Shown here piece by piece: positions 41,712-56,344 of a stretch of DNA of 64,000 nucleotides. Origin of the DNA: Eledone cirrhosa (taxonomy: Eukaryota); assembly GCA_964016885.1 (NCBI GenBank), contig OZ024742.1, positions 343,976,001 to 344,040,000 of the forward strand, written 5' to 3'. The notes under the pieces are model-generated. The model did no database searches. It was not told where the DNA came from and worked only from the letters and a program-made list of their open reading frames with translations. Position 1 is the stretch's first letter. Each line of letters opens with the position of its first letter. A program made the position numbers and the translations under genes.

Positions 41712-43158
41712 ATTTATTAATGAATGGACAGTTATATGACCTCCTTTTCAGCCAAGAGACATACCGATACATATGCAAATATTGTGGGTCAACATTCATT
41801 ACAGCATTTAGAGTGGCAGTACACACTTCGAGATTACATTCATAATAAAAGGTACAATCAAAAATCAAAAATACAGGTTAAAATACAACATGAAGATAAG
41901 CGGTTATATAGTGCAAATGTTATATGTGTGGCAAGCACGTGCGTCTTGTTTATATAGTGTGGCAGAGAGATATGTGTGGTAGGAGCACTTAGGTAGGTAA
42001 AGAAGAGTGTTAGGTTGGTTGATCTGGTGGGAAATTCTTTATATGATTGTTATAGTCTGTGTGTGGAGAAAAGATATAAGCATTAAAAATAGTGCAAGCA
42101 TTAAAAATATTAGATGTATTGGAGATGCACAGCGAAGGGATGACAAGGATCTCAAGTACTTCGACATTTTCATGGTCAGGGGAGTGTATTCTTCGATTAT
42201 ATGCCCCTCACATAATCCACGGCAATTCTATATTCAGCGTTTGACAATCCAGTTAGAGAATCGTAGTCCGATGTTCTTTAGTTCAATACAGGAGGCTGTT
42301 ACGTTTCGCGAAACGACATTGAATACTACCCGGAAGTGTGTGTGTGGCTAAGGGGAGTTAATGCATGAGGGGAGGTAACTCAGGGGTTTCTATACCTAGC
42401 TATTGAAATGTCTCAATATAGACCCTAATTTCTATGGTTATGCGCAACTTCCAAAAAATTCCTAAAGCATAAAGTGTATTAACTATAGAGTAGTTTATTA
42501 AGTTGTGCTGAAGGTGTTCGTATTATTATGGTGAATTAACCCCCATCGTAGGGTGCCACAAATGAATATTATAGACGATGAGCGAGGATTCTAAATTAAT
42601 GATCTCTGTGGTTGTACCCTACTCATAGGACCAGGCGCGGTGATTGCAGAATCACTTCAAGACACAATGATCTCTGGTAAGTTCTGGGTCATCGCTTGCT
42701 ACATTGGATGTCGAAAGGTAATCATCATCAGGGCCGGCCCGAGGTCAATCCGCAGTCCTCATGACCCCACTCTGACCATCAAATCATCCATATATGTACA
42801 ACCCGCACGGCAGTTGCAATACATTCATTCCCTGCACTCAGCGTCCTGGTCCTACTGCTCAACAGCATTACTAGATTAAATCGTTTTTCATCTGTCTAAG
42901 GAAGGCACTTCCTCCGCACAACACCACCAAACTAATCAATTCATGCTTAAATTACCTATAGAGCGGTGTAGTGCAGTTCAAGTGGGTGGATGTTGTCACC
43001 CCTAACGTAGAGGTATAAATGGGTATTCTCCCAGCAAAGGGTTCCGGAGGGATGTCGTAGTTTGTGTTATATTAGATCAGTTAGTGTTGTGTATGTGGTA
43101 TAAGGTGTGCCCCCGGTGTTTGATGGTAGATGTGGTGTTTGGTTCAAGTCCGACATTG

Positions 43159-45619
43159 CTATATATTGGGCTTAAAGTTTTGGAAGGAATGTCTGAAGCG
43201 GTGCTGGCAAGTTGCAAACACCTCAGATTTTTTGTTAAGTAGGTTACGGTTGGAGAAGATAATATTGTGGGTCTCTAGTATACAGAGGTTACAAAATTTA
43301 TTAGGTGGTTTGTACGAAGTCGCGCTGCCTATCACTTCCCACTTGAGTGTGTATGGTTTATTTTTAGTTTTTAGATAGTGTATGTAGCTAGATAGTGAGG
43401 TGGAGTTGGCTAGGCTGTGCTTTTTGAACGAGTGGATGTGCGAATTATATTTGATTTTGAAGCTGCTAGAAGTGGAGCCTACATAGGTTTCTGAAGAGTT
43501 GCTAGTTGTGACGGTGCATGAGTATATGATATCCTTGGTTAGGCATTTTTTATCCAAAGGGCAGGTTCTATTAGCTCTACAGTTACAATTATCCTGTGTG
43601 TTAGTCTGCTGGTTATAATGCAGTGCAGAAGTCTGGGTGGTAGCTATAGGATTTTGGACATTCGGGTTGTCAACCCCGGTGTTATTTCTTATACTAGTGT
43701 TATTTCTATTGTTACTGCCGTTACTATGGTTGCTTGCTACAGAGGTATTTAGAAGGTTTGCATCCTGTTGTGATTTCGTTTGTTGGAAGTAAGAATTAAT
43801 TTTATTTTTATTGCTGCTAGCTATGTGGTATGCTAAGTTAGGCGTCGTAGAGTATGAGATTTTAATAGTGTTTTTGTTTAAAAGGTTGTGGTACTTGTGT
43901 CCTAGAGGGAAGTTTTTATCTAGTAGTGAGAAGAAAGCCCTAGGTATGTTGGTGGAGACATTTAGGTTGAAAGGAGGGTTGAAAAATGTATTATTTCTTC
44001 TTCTATTTTTGTTTTTAGTGTTTGGTGTGTTGTTTCTTCCTACGGCACCACAGTAGTTTCCGTGGTAATGGTTACTTCCGGTGGCACCCTCCGCTTTGGT
44101 GTACTTGTGGTTGCTATTCCTATTATTAGGTTTCCTCATGGACATGTTGTGCGAGATGATGTTGTAGCTATGTGTTTTCTTAGGTAGGAACTCAATTTCT
44201 ATATTATGGCCGGATCTAGCTAATGCTTGATTGTAATATTGTGAGTTTTTGCTAAATATGTTTGCGTCATAGGACAGGCTAGAGATTCTATTGGATACCC
44301 CCTTAGAGATAGAGTTTAATATTGATCTAGGGTGATTAGACTTAGTATCTACGTAAATGAGTTTTTCGTTAGGCTTATGGAAAGGTGTATATATTTTTGA
44401 GTCTAGGTGTAGTGTGGCGTCTAGGAAGTTTACATTTATAGTGTTTTTGTCCATGGTGATACTAAGGTTAAAGTTTTTGAATGTCTTATGCAATTGTTTT
44501 CTAGCTCTTTCTATATTAAATTGTTTATATTCTATAAGTAGAAGTGCATCATCGCGGTACAAACCACCGTTGAGGTAAGGGAGGTCCTTATGGATTTCAT
44601 TGAGAAGGTATAGGCCGACCAAATCAGTGACCTGCGCCGAGTCACTAGATCCCATGGTTATGTCGAAGTTGTTGTGCGTATCCTTGCGTGTCCATAGTTG
44701 GTCTTCGAAGGTGATTATGGTTTTACGGGCCGCAAGGATGACATCAATCTGGGCTCTAGTCAGGTCGCTATTGTTCATGGCCATGATAAGTGCCTTATTT
44801 AATAGGATAGGGGAAATAGAGGTGTAGTATGAATTGATATCAAATTGAATAAATTTTTTGTCCTTATTATTCTTGATATCTTTGAACCATTCAATCATTT
44901 CACCCGTATTTCCCCATTGTTTAAGGTGTATCTTGTATTTAATTTGTGGGATGATTTTATCCAAGATTTTCTTGCTGATAATACCAATGTCGGACTTGGA
45001 AGGGCAGATAAGTCTTATCGAGGGGTTGCTGATGAAGTCCTCCTTATGGTCCTTCAGAGAGAATCTAGGGGGGTTTGGGGGTGAATGGTTGTGTAAGTCT
45101 CTGAAGTCCTAGTTTAGATACTATATTATATCCCTCTATATTAATATCTTCTAAGTTTTTCAAGGTGGTCTTTTTGTAGCTTTTATGTAGTTCATTATAT
45201 ATAAATTTTCTATAAGTATTATAATCTAGGCTGTATATGTTATTAGTTTTATCTGCGTGTACAATAATTTTATTACTAGTTTTGAATCCATTAATAGAGG
45301 TGTTAAGTTTGTTTAAGAAGGTGTTGCTTCTAATATGGTGCTTATTGTATTTAATGTTCTTAACTAGTTTAACTAGGTCATTTTCAAAGGAGTTAAGTAG
45401 TGTGTTATGAGGGGGGCTTTTAAAGGTTTTAAAGCCGAAGGAGTCAAATTTATTAGTATTATTCACGTTGTTAGATCTGTTTCTATCATAATGGAATGCC
45501 CTCCATCTCACTCTATTGATAAATGAATTTACACTGTTGATCATCAATTTCTCATATGTATTCCTGGATGGTATTGGTATGTTCTTGGTTGACATGGGGA
45601 GTTGGTCTTTGATTAGCAT
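43159..45619 (-). CDS. Naiad PLE RT-GIY-YIG polyprotein (~810 aa), one frameshift at ~45065
   Basis: MSTKNIPIPS..RVRWRA..FGFK; ADKTNNIY; LKDHK; QFDINSYYTSI; ITMGSSDSAQVTDLVG; GLYRDD; CNCR..CPLDKKCL; IIY..YVGST; CNLC..E..LLN..CQH. Confidence 0.9.
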
Positions 45620-45860
45620 ATTGGTAATATTATATGTCAGCTCAACAATATGGAGCAGTTAATAGTATTAATAGTATTAATTGTACTATTTATGGTTATG
45701 AAAATACCTTTTGTAGTTATATGTATTTTTTTTGGCTGAAAAGGAGGTCATATAACTGTCCATTCATTAATAAATTGCTCCGAAGAATCCAAACCTCGGT
45801 TTGGAGGAAACAGCTGTAAGCACAATAATGTTTTGAACAGTTCTTTGATTCTTATATTTC

Positions 45861-45949
<89 letters not shown>

Positions 45950-46149
45950 GGGTTTGAGGTTCACCACTGGATAGAGCTGGTCAATTCCGCATGGTCAATC
46001 TTAATGTAATAATATGGAGAGTACTCAACGTAAAGCAGTTCAACCGTCTTAGTTTTTGTAGTTGGTGGTGCTAGTACGGAGTTAAATATTATAATGAAAT
46101 GACAGGAGGCTAGACTTGTGTAAATCCTTGAAAGGTTTATATATATAAT

Positions 46150-46420
46150 AGGTTGAAAAGGTAACACACTAGAGAGAGATAGTGCACCATCAATAAAACA
46201 GGGAAAACCACTAGCGTATGGAATCTATAACCTATGAAAGGCAGGGTAGACACACGGTAATGAAAAATATAAATTTAAACGTGTATACGTACCTCTATAA
46301 TTATATAACACACGCGTACAAATCCAAAGAGATCTGTTTCGCCAAGAGGTTGTTGACTGAAATGGAATAGCCCATGGTTCATCAGCGTGTGTAAGGCCAT
46401 ACATTTCAACATATTGCATT
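46150..46420 (-). mobile_element. Short non-coding element with HHR (46311-46391)
   Basis: cacacg-CTGATGA-acca..tggc-GAAA-cagat..atttg-TA-cgcgtg. Confidence 0.7.
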
Positions 46421-46526
46421 TTAAAGAGCTCAGGATTCCTTATCCTTTGAGCAAATTATTGACAGGGAATAGCGAGAGTCTATGGCTCCGTTAATTTATC
46501 GTGATATATATATATATATATATATT

Positions 46527-47155
46527 TTTATTTTATAGAAGGAGCTTCTACAGGACTAGTACTGTTTCATTCAGATGAAATCTTCAGGAAGCTGGGTGTC
46601 ATATTAAGTTCTGGTATTTATACATTTAGGTAGTGGCAAGGGAGGGGTGGTGGATGGGGGGGGGGGGGTATTTAGATACACAGGACCACTTCATGGCTCA
46701 GACCGTTTTTTTTTATGGGGAGTGGTCAATTAACCAGAGTGCTTTTTTGAAATAAATAAATAAGTAAATAAATAAATAAATGAATAAATAAATAGTTAAA
46801 TGAATAAATAAATAAAATAAATAAAGAAATAAATAAAAAATAAATAAATAAAAACCCCAAGAATAGTAATTCAACAGATATATAGTAGGGAAATTTTTTA
46901 GGTGGGTTGGTAATAGAAATTAAACATTTAACAAGACCGAATCATGGCACAGACTGGGGTGAGTGGTCAAGTTAACATACAAGCCACAGGTGGCCAGAGT
47001 GTTTTAGTAGGATGGAAAGAATAAAATATATTTACATACTCACAACCACATACAAAAACACTTACACACACACATACATATATACTTATATATATATACA
47101 TACATATATACATATGTGTGTGTGTGTGTGCACACCTACACATTCACACACATAT

Positions 47156-47199
<44 letters not shown>

Positions 47200-47220
47200 A
47201 TACACACACACACACATGTG
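46527..47220 (-). repeat. Left arm of a ~0.7-kb inverted repeat (PLE pLTR; HHR 46543-46593)
   Basis: Near-identical reverse complement at ~50520-51257; agcttc-CTGAAGA-tttc.atct.gaat-GAAA-cag..ctg-TA-gaagct. Confidence 0.85.
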
Positions 47221-47542
47221 TGCGCATACACATACACACACACACACATACATATACACACACACACACATACATACATACACATATATACATATATACA
47301 CAGGAAAAACACAAACACACAAATATACACACACACACGCATACACATACACACACATATATATATATCTACACATACACACGCGCGCATATACATACAT
47401 TTGCACACACATACATACACATACATACACACACACACAAACACATACATTCACACATATATATACATATATACACATACACACACACATACATATATAA
47501 TCTCATATACATATATATATATATATATACATATACCTATAC

Positions 47543-47597
<55 letters not shown>

Positions 47598-47869
47598 TAT
47601 ATACATATACATACATATACATACACACACACACACATATATACGTATATACATACACACGCATACACATTTACAAGCAAACACGCATACATACACATAC
47701 ATACATACATATAAGTATACAAACGCATATGCACAAACACGCACTCGTTCGCACTCATACATGTGTCTATAATATAAAGGTAGTGGGACAAATTTTAAAT
47801 TTTAAATTTTAAACTGGGCCTGAAAGAGGATTAAAATAATTAATGTCACTATTAAGTTATTAATAGTAT

Positions 47870-49097
47870 TGTAGCGGTTGTCTCCCTTGTTTGGATTAAC
47901 GTCTGGACGGGAAGTGGGGCCCTTTCTGTAACTTCCGGTCAGAACCCTATAAAACTAACAACTGTAAGTTCTCATTCTCTCACTGCCTTTTCGGCACCAG
48001 GCCAAGAGCCTCTCATTTGGCTCTGCCTGTCATTTGGCCAACAGGCGCCTGGCCTTAGCCAGGCGTCCTCTGCCAGCCGCGTTTGCCTGGCAATCAAAAC
48101 GGTAACGACTAACTTTGTTTCACTCTATCATCTATTACTTTGACATGCCAACTATACTATCTACCATTGTTAATTAAATATCATACACACCAACAATGTA
48201 TTCCTTGTTACATTCATACAACCTAGTATCCACGCTATATTGGTAACCCTGACGTGATACGAACACGCAGCCGTTCATCGCTATAAGTGGTCACCCCCAA
48301 AAAATAAAAAAATAGCACATCTGGTTTTGTGTGAGTAACATTACGAATACACAGTAAATTTATCGACAAACTATGAAAATACTCAGGGACACGCACACAC
48401 GCACATGTGGAATTCGCACAGACAGACTTTTTCTCTCACGCATCAACTAACTGTCGCATTTCACCAATATATATATATGTTTCTCGTTTCTTACAACGAA
48501 CTCTTTCAAAACAAAAAAAAAAAAAAAGAAATGTGATATTCTTTAAAAAACATTTCAACAGGAACATTTATTTTCGATGAACCATTGCCTTTTTGTTCAT
48601 CGTTTTCTTCATCGTTCAAGTTTTTTTTTTCCCAAAGTTCACACCAATAATTATGCTGAGTGAAGCCTTTCTTTTTCATCATTGTCACTTTCAAAATTGC
48701 ACTATCATTTTCTCGCGCGTTAGAAATATTATTTTTTTCAACCTTGTATTGGCACGTGTAGGCAGCACAAATTCTCGATTCACAGAGATGTCTCTACTCA
48801 CAGACATAGCCGCACGCCAGAGATAACATTTCTCGCCAAGGATTCTTCAGCCTTAAGCTATATTCTTCTATTTGTCGGTTTATAAATTTACAATGTAAAT
48901 TTACCGTTGATAACCGCGCATTTATTAAGAATGCTTATTTCTCTGGTCGCTGGCCTCTTGACCCTTCCAGGTCAACGCATTCTCAACATCGACCATCAAC
49001 TTCGGCTGCTATTTCTAGCACTTTGCGCAACTCATTTTTTTCTAAAAAAAGATTTTTTACTGTGAATTTAAACACCGAATACGCTCACTCAGCGAGA

Positions 49098-49132
<35 letters not shown>

Positions 49133-49931
49133 GCAATACATCAACACAGCTTCACCAACAACTAAAGCCAGAGAATTTATTTTTGCAGCACTCTTCCTGT
49201 GAGAAAATCCATTCGGAGGTTGGAAATTTCACGATATACCACAGAACAGAAACCACCTGCATTCATTCTCTGGAACACACTTTCTTTCCTGCTGTCATGT
49301 GATTGCACACCTGTGAACTTTATTTTGTACATTTGAACTTTGAGCTCTTCTCTTACTTTATTACATTGTATCTTTGGGTGATGGATAGATGGATGTCCAG
49401 TCGTTCTCTGGCCAAGAGCGGTTGGCTACCTTGATATCTATCATTGATTTTTGCAAACATTCTTTTGTCGTAATTTTCATGCCTGTTACAACATTCTCGC
49501 CAACTTGCTACATATTTTCATTTCGATTTTTATACACTAAAATTCTGGCGGGAGGTTATGTAGCGGTTGTCTCCCTTGTTTGGATTAACGTCTGGACGGG
49601 AAGTGGGGCCCTTTCTGTAACTTCCGGTCAGAACCCTATAAAACTAACAACTGTAAGTTCTCATTCTCTCACTGCCTTTTCGGCACCAGGCCAAGAGCCT
49701 CTCATTTGGCTCTGCCTGTCATTTGGCCAACAGGCGCCTGGCCTTAGCCAGGCGTCCTCTGCCAGCCGCGTTTGCCTGGCAATCAAAACGGTAACGACTA
49801 ACTTTGTTTCATTCTATCATCTATTACTTTGACATGCCAACTATACTATCTACCATTGTTAATTAAATATCATACACACCAACAATGTATTCCTTGTTAC
49901 ATTCATACAACCCAGTAATCCACTCGCTATA
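47870..49931 (+). mobile_element. Non-autonomous Gypsy-type LTR retroelement (TRIM/LARD-like)
   Basis: LTRs 47870-48239 and 49559-49931 (TGTAGCG..CGCTATA), near-identical; 4-bp TSD GTAT; PBS TGGTAACCCTGACGTGAT (tRNA-Trp-like) 48241-48258; purine tract GGCGGGAGG before the 3' LTR; no gag/pol ORF. Confidence 0.9.
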
Positions 49932-49979
49932 GTATCATCAAGTAATTAATTACTATTTATTATTTATTATTTATTGCTT

Positions 49980-50125
49980 TGACGCATAGAGTTACGGCCC
50001 TTGCCATTCTGAGTTCAAATCCCGCCGAGGTTAACTTTGCCTTTCATCCTTACGGGGTCGATAAAATAAAGTACCAGTAATGTACTGGGTAATTTCTGGC
50101 CTTGTGCCAATAGTAGAAACAATTA
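49980..50125 (+). mobile_element. tRNA-derived SINE, 5'-truncated
   Basis: Same family as 20960. Confidence 0.8.
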
Positions 50126-50354
50126 TTTATTACTTACTATTTACCATTCACTATTCGTTACCTATCTTTTATTCTTTATCTATTCAATACCTAATCATTC
50201 ACTCATAAATTAATAAATAAATAAGTAAATGAAAGAGTTAACTAACAAACGAACAAACAAACAAGCAGATAAACAAATAAACCAGTAAATAAGCAAATAA
50301 ATAAACAAGTAAATAAATAAATGGATAAATAAATAAATAAGTAAATAAAGTAAC

Positions 50355-50385
<31 letters not shown>

Positions 50386-50519
50386 CTAAATAAATATACA
50401 AGTTAAATAGATAAATAAATCATGAACGTGTGCGTGCAGCGGTTCATAACTTCACGTATGCAAACATGAGCAGGTATATACGTGAATTTGTGTGTGCGGC
50501 CACGGAACTTAACTCAGAG

Positions 50520-51328
<809 letters not shown>

Positions 51329-51344
51329 ATATATATATATATAT

Positions 51345-51580
51345 ATATTTATTAAAATAACAGATTAAAGTTTAAGCAAATAATCGATGCTTTCACCCTT
51401 AACGGAATCTTCTGAGTTTCAGAAGATCCCGTTAAGGGTGAAAGCAGCGATTCTTTGCTTAAACTTTAATCTGTTATTTTAATAAATATTTGCTCTACGG
51501 TTCTTATATATTTGATATATATTTATCCTTATCGAGCCCTCTTTGGATGTTAGTCTTCAAATTTATTATTATTACTATAT
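51345..51580 (+). mobile_element. Fold-back HHR element (palindrome 51345-51489; CAGAAGA HHR 51415-51465)
   Basis: agttt-CAGAAGA-tccc.gttaa.gggt-GAAA-gca..tgc-TT-aaact; other remnants at 35938-36100 and 55290-55405. Confidence 0.75.
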
Positions 51581-51597
51581 ATATATATATATATATA

Positions 51598-52205
51598 TAT
51601 TGTTATACTTTGGGAGGGTCATGTTGCCAATAAGAAACACACGCACCAGTTGCTTTCACTTCAATTTATTATATATTTATAAATTTATAAATTTACAAAT
51701 TTACAAACTTATAAATTTCTGGTTGGTTGGTTGGTTCCACAACCAGATAGTTGTTTATATATAGTCATAGTCCTTTCGTCACACACTCTGTGACCTCTTC
51801 AGTGACTGAGGATTCCTTTCTTCGTTTCTGTGCCTTTCCTTTCTTCTATCCTACGCCATTTTGTTTCACACACACAGAAACAAAATGGCGTAGGATAGAA
51901 GAAAGGAAAGGGACAGAAACGAAGAAAGGAATCCCCAGTCACTGAAGAGGTCACAGAGTGTGTGACGAAAGGACTATGACTATATATAAACAACTATCTG
52001 GTTGTGGAACCAACCAACTAACCAGAAATTTATAAGTTTGTAAATTTGTAAATTTATAAATTTATAAATATATAATAAATTGAAGTGAAAGCAACTGGTG
52101 CGTGTGTTTCTTATTGGCAACATGACCCTCCCAAAGTATAACAATATCGGTTTCAACACACGATTTCAGATAAAGAATCTTGCTAAACAAATTCAGAAAC
52201 GAAAT
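51598..52205. mobile_element. ~550-bp near-perfect palindrome with two divergent HHRs (51763-51807 minus, 51937-51981 plus)
   Basis: Centre ~51872; agtca-CTGAAGA-ggtcac.agagtgt.gtgac-GAAA-ggac-TA-tgact. Confidence 0.88.
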
Positions 52206-52357
52206 ATATATATATATATATAATTGAATATAAAAGAGAAATGAACATACATGTGTTCAAATCGTAAGGGACCAAGTTCGCTAGGGTGAAAAAAATACTA
52301 ACTATTAACAATAGGGTTTGCTTTGGCACCAACACTAGTAATTCACTGAATCACCTA

Positions 52358-52427
<70 letters not shown>

Positions 52428-52431
<4 letters not shown>

Positions 52432-52706
52432 GAAGTATTTCTGTAGGAAAGGTACAGGAAAAGTGAGTGTTCTATGTAGGCTACAGAGCTTATTAGTTAT
52501 GTAATAAACAGCATAAGATAATTATTTCATTTACCAGTAGTTTCTTGAAGACAAATATTTATATCTGTCTTAAGTCGTCAGAACGAATAAATAACATGAT
52601 CATTTAACATGTTATTTAGTCGTCCTGACGACTGAAGAGAGATATAAATATCTGTCTTCAAGAAACCACTGGTAAATGAAATAATTATCTTATGCTGTTT
52701 ATTACA
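52428..52706. mobile_element. Fold-back HHR element (HHRs 52526-52587 minus, 52619-52680 plus)
   Basis: CTGACGA-c-tgaaga..tcttca-a-GAAA-ccactgg-TA-aatgaa; palindrome 52498-52706. Confidence 0.8.
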
Positions 52707-53403
52707 TATCAAATTTTTCATATATACCGTAAGAGCATTTATGTAGTTTGTACTAGAATTTTTGTATCGTAGCGGCACCCTTAGAGATAGTATTAGTATT
52801 CATTTTCGGGATTCTGAATTATTATTTCGTATTAGTTTATGTTTTGCACTGGGTAATTGCCGGCCTTGTGCCTAAGGTAGAAACAATTATTTCGTATTAG
52901 TTTCGGGACTCTGAATTATTATTTCGTGGTAGTTTCTTTAGTATTTTGGCCCCCTACCTGTCACTGTAAGATATACTCGGTTGATTACTGCTAACTCATG
53001 AAATTGTCTCACTACAATTCCGTGCCATCTAGTAAACTTTTCTATAGTTTAGCAGTACCAGTGTGAGACTTGATGATTGTGGTTAGGGAATAGTAACCAG
53101 AAATTGTTTTTTTTATATTTTTAACATTCTTGGTATTCTTCTATATATTTACTCCATATTGATTTACTTATTGTTTCGACTCCCCCCCCCTAATATACTT
53201 GCTTGACCTCCTGCCCTTAGGATCCTGCTGTAGTTGGCACTATCAACGCACGACTGGGTTTATTCCATTCCCTCTCCCTCTTTCTTCTACTGCCAGGTTC
53301 AGCTACCCCTTCCTTCCACAAATTGCCATGATAGAATTACGTGTCTCAACAACAAACTTTTGACCAATCCTTGTGACAATCACTTTTACCATATATGGAA
53401 TTA

Positions 53404-53497
53404 CCCCCTGAGAAGCTCGGATATTCATATACCAGGATAAACATTTTCATTTAGTCCAGAATTAGCCGTCGAAATGGCTTGAGCTCAGCCGTCGGGG
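53404..53497 (+). ncRNA. Hammerhead-like motif with damaged core (CTGAGAA) and long stem II
   Basis: cccc-CTGAGAA..GAAA-tggc.ttgagctca.gccg-TC-gggg; unfolded version of the 17281/32036/39093 hairpin family. Confidence 0.5.
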
Positions 53498-53508
53498 TCC
53501 TACTCGTT

Positions 53509-53572
<64 letters not shown>

Positions 53573-53577
<5 letters not shown>

Positions 53578-54271
53578 GAAACATAAGTCAATTGCATAAA
53601 CTCATAATCCTTTATTTACTGCTATATATATTTCGATGATAGCCATGGAATGGCTATGACCTCATCAGGCAGTTAGTCAGTTCTTAGATATGCCAGCTCT
53701 GTGTTTATAGCCTTGGGACATATGAGCTTGTTAGGAATAATTTAATGTTGTCAGCAGGAATAGTCTTAATTCTCATTGGTCAGTTTGTAGATGGTAGTAG
53801 GGTTGGTATTTGACCTCAAAGAGGCAGGTGGTGTTGTAAAGTTCAAACCGTCAGCCAAGATGACAATAGTTCCATATGACTGATTTTCACAAAAAGCATT
53901 CCTGGTCAGATATATATTCAATTAAGGTTAATAGTATGAAATAGATACTACAGGTCATTCTTAAATTGAGGAATTTATGTGGACTGGTGCTACTGAAATT
54001 TATGGTTAGAGTAGAAAATTTACAAATAAAAAGACTTATGTAGGTTGGCTTGCACGTACACTCACACCAACCTCCACAGACACACATCCACACATACAAA
54101 ATGTGGGGTGGTAATACTTAAAAATAATGGTTAGAGTCCAATTCTTAGATAGTTTAGAAAATTACACTCACACCTACCCCCTCAGACACTCACACATCTA
54201 CACACACAAATCCATACAGGTGTGTATATATGTATGTACGTATGTACGCACAAGTATATATATATATATAT

Positions 54272-54302
<31 letters not shown>

Positions 54303-54462
54303 ATATATATATACATAAAATACACACATACATAAAATATATACACACATAAAACATACATACATATATATATATATATAAAATATACATACATATACAT
54401 ATATATAAAATATATACATATATATACATACATATATATAAAATACACATATATACACATAT

Positions 54463-54529
<67 letters not shown>

Positions 54530-55280
54530 GATATATATATACATATATATATAAAATCATGTTCAATAAAACGTGGTTTATATGACTCTTAACCAGTAGA
54601 GGATCATAGGGACCACAAACTATGGGTGGTTGTTGTTGTCCATTGGTCATTGGTACGGGGTGTAGGGGACCTACAGGGAGGGGGGGGGGTTGTGGGAGGC
54701 CGTAACCGGGGTTTATCCATATAGCTTGAGGAAAGTTCCCGTCCTTAGGTGTCTGCAGGCACCGAATAAGTCGGTCCTTCTGTTTAATAGCTTGGTTCCG
54801 CCATGAAGAATCTCGAGTGTCTCACTAAGACAGAGGTTGCAAATACCAGACCCGCCTCTGTCTGGGGGAACCTTTCTAACCACGGACCAGACCAGAGAGT
54901 GCGCGGTCTTTTCAAGTTTGAGCTTCCAGATCAATTCAGAAAGGGCCGTACATTTCCTCTTATCTATTCTGTTAAAGGATTGGCGATGGTTATACCACCG
55001 ATCTTTGAAGCTCGTCGCTGTGGATCCTATGTTGTGGTGCTCCGAGTTAGGGGTTGTGACCTTGCACCTGTAGACTACGTTTTTCGTCTTGCATTCATTA
55101 CTAAGGGGGCATAGTGATGGGTCTCTGTAATTAAATGACTTCTTATGCCCCACCACATGTACCGCGTGGTTACCATCACTCGGGGTTGGCTGGGTAGCCT
55201 TCGCAATCAGCACAGGGTCGTTGGGTTCCGGTGTGCTAGTTGGGCCTGTCCGTGTTCCGTTGCGTCCCGCGTGCTGGTTC
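53573..55280 (-). mobile_element. 5'-truncated Naiad-type PLE (GIY-YIG 54713-55213, 3' UTR, HHR 53618-53673)
   Basis: CPLSNECKTKNVVYRC..IGSTATSFKDRWYNHRQSF..CNLCLSE..LLNRR..ACRH; actgc-CTGATGA-..atagcca.ttcca.tggctat..-GAAA-tatata-TA-gcagt. Confidence 0.85.
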
Positions 55281-55401
55281 TGTATATATATAGTAATAAT
55301 AATAAATGTGAAGACTAAAATCCAAAGGGGGCTCGATAAGGATAAATATATATAAAATATATAAGATTCTTTGCTTAAACTTTAATATGTTATTTTAATA
55401 A

Positions 55402-55499
<98 letters not shown>

Positions 55500-55893
55500 C
55501 TATATATATATGTATATATATACATACATACATACTCCCACACACGCGGATATATATAATAATATGCGTGTGCGTTTGTGTGTGTACATAAACCGACATC
55601 TAAATATATAAACACACATACAATCAGGGAGATAGACATGCTACCATCACCATATAGGTGTACACACAGACAAATATAAATTACATTGATTTACATAGTT
55701 TATTGGATTATAGACAATGCACACAACTGATTCTTTATAATCCGATATGGAATGAAGCAAAATGACTCCCACAAGATATAACAATAACAACAGCAACAAC
55801 AACAGGAATAAATAACAACAATAATACACGATGGTGGGAATGAAGATGTGGTATATACATGTAACAGAGTATATCACAACGACCTGACCACAA

Positions 55894-56340
55894 TCTTCTT
55901 CTTCTTCTTCTTCTTCTTCTTCTTCTTCTTCTTCTTCTTCTTCTTCTTCTTCTTCTTCTTCTTCTTCTTCTTCTTCTTCTTCTTCTTCAATTATTCCTGA
56001 GGGGGTCGTGGGGTCAGATTACTCAAACACTCCTTCCATCAGGTCCTGTCAGAAGCAACCATCTCTTTACTGATCCGGCTGGATCTCCAAGCGAGACCAG
56101 CAAAGTTCATGGATGTTATCCAACTATCTTACTCAGGGTCTACTCCTGGGTCTCCTGCTAGTTGGTTTTTGCTAATAAAATCTGTTCAGCGATTCCGACC
56201 TGAGACATTCTAACCACATGTCCATAGTATCAGAGCTGTGATCTCTCAATTCAGAGAAGTAGTGGCTCCACCTGGAGTGACTCTGATATCCGAGATACGC
56301 ACTCTATCGAGTAACGTTACTCCAAAGAATATACCTCTTC
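55894..56340 (-). mobile_element. RTE (Rex3/Expander-like) LINE 3' fragment with (AAG)n tail
   Basis: Minus strand RSQL*YYGHVVRMSQ..RRPRSRP..LDNIHELCWSRLEI..NLTPRPPQE*, then (AAG)n. Confidence 0.75.
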
Positions 56341-56344
56341 ACAT

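Larger units (their letters stand above)
41457..45862 (-). mobile_element. Near full-length Naiad-type Penelope-like element with 3' pLTR and inverted 5' pLTR
   Basis: 45672-45730 directly repeats 41457-41520; 45733-45862 is the reverse complement of ~41625-41754; (TA)n at both ends. Confidence 0.92.
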
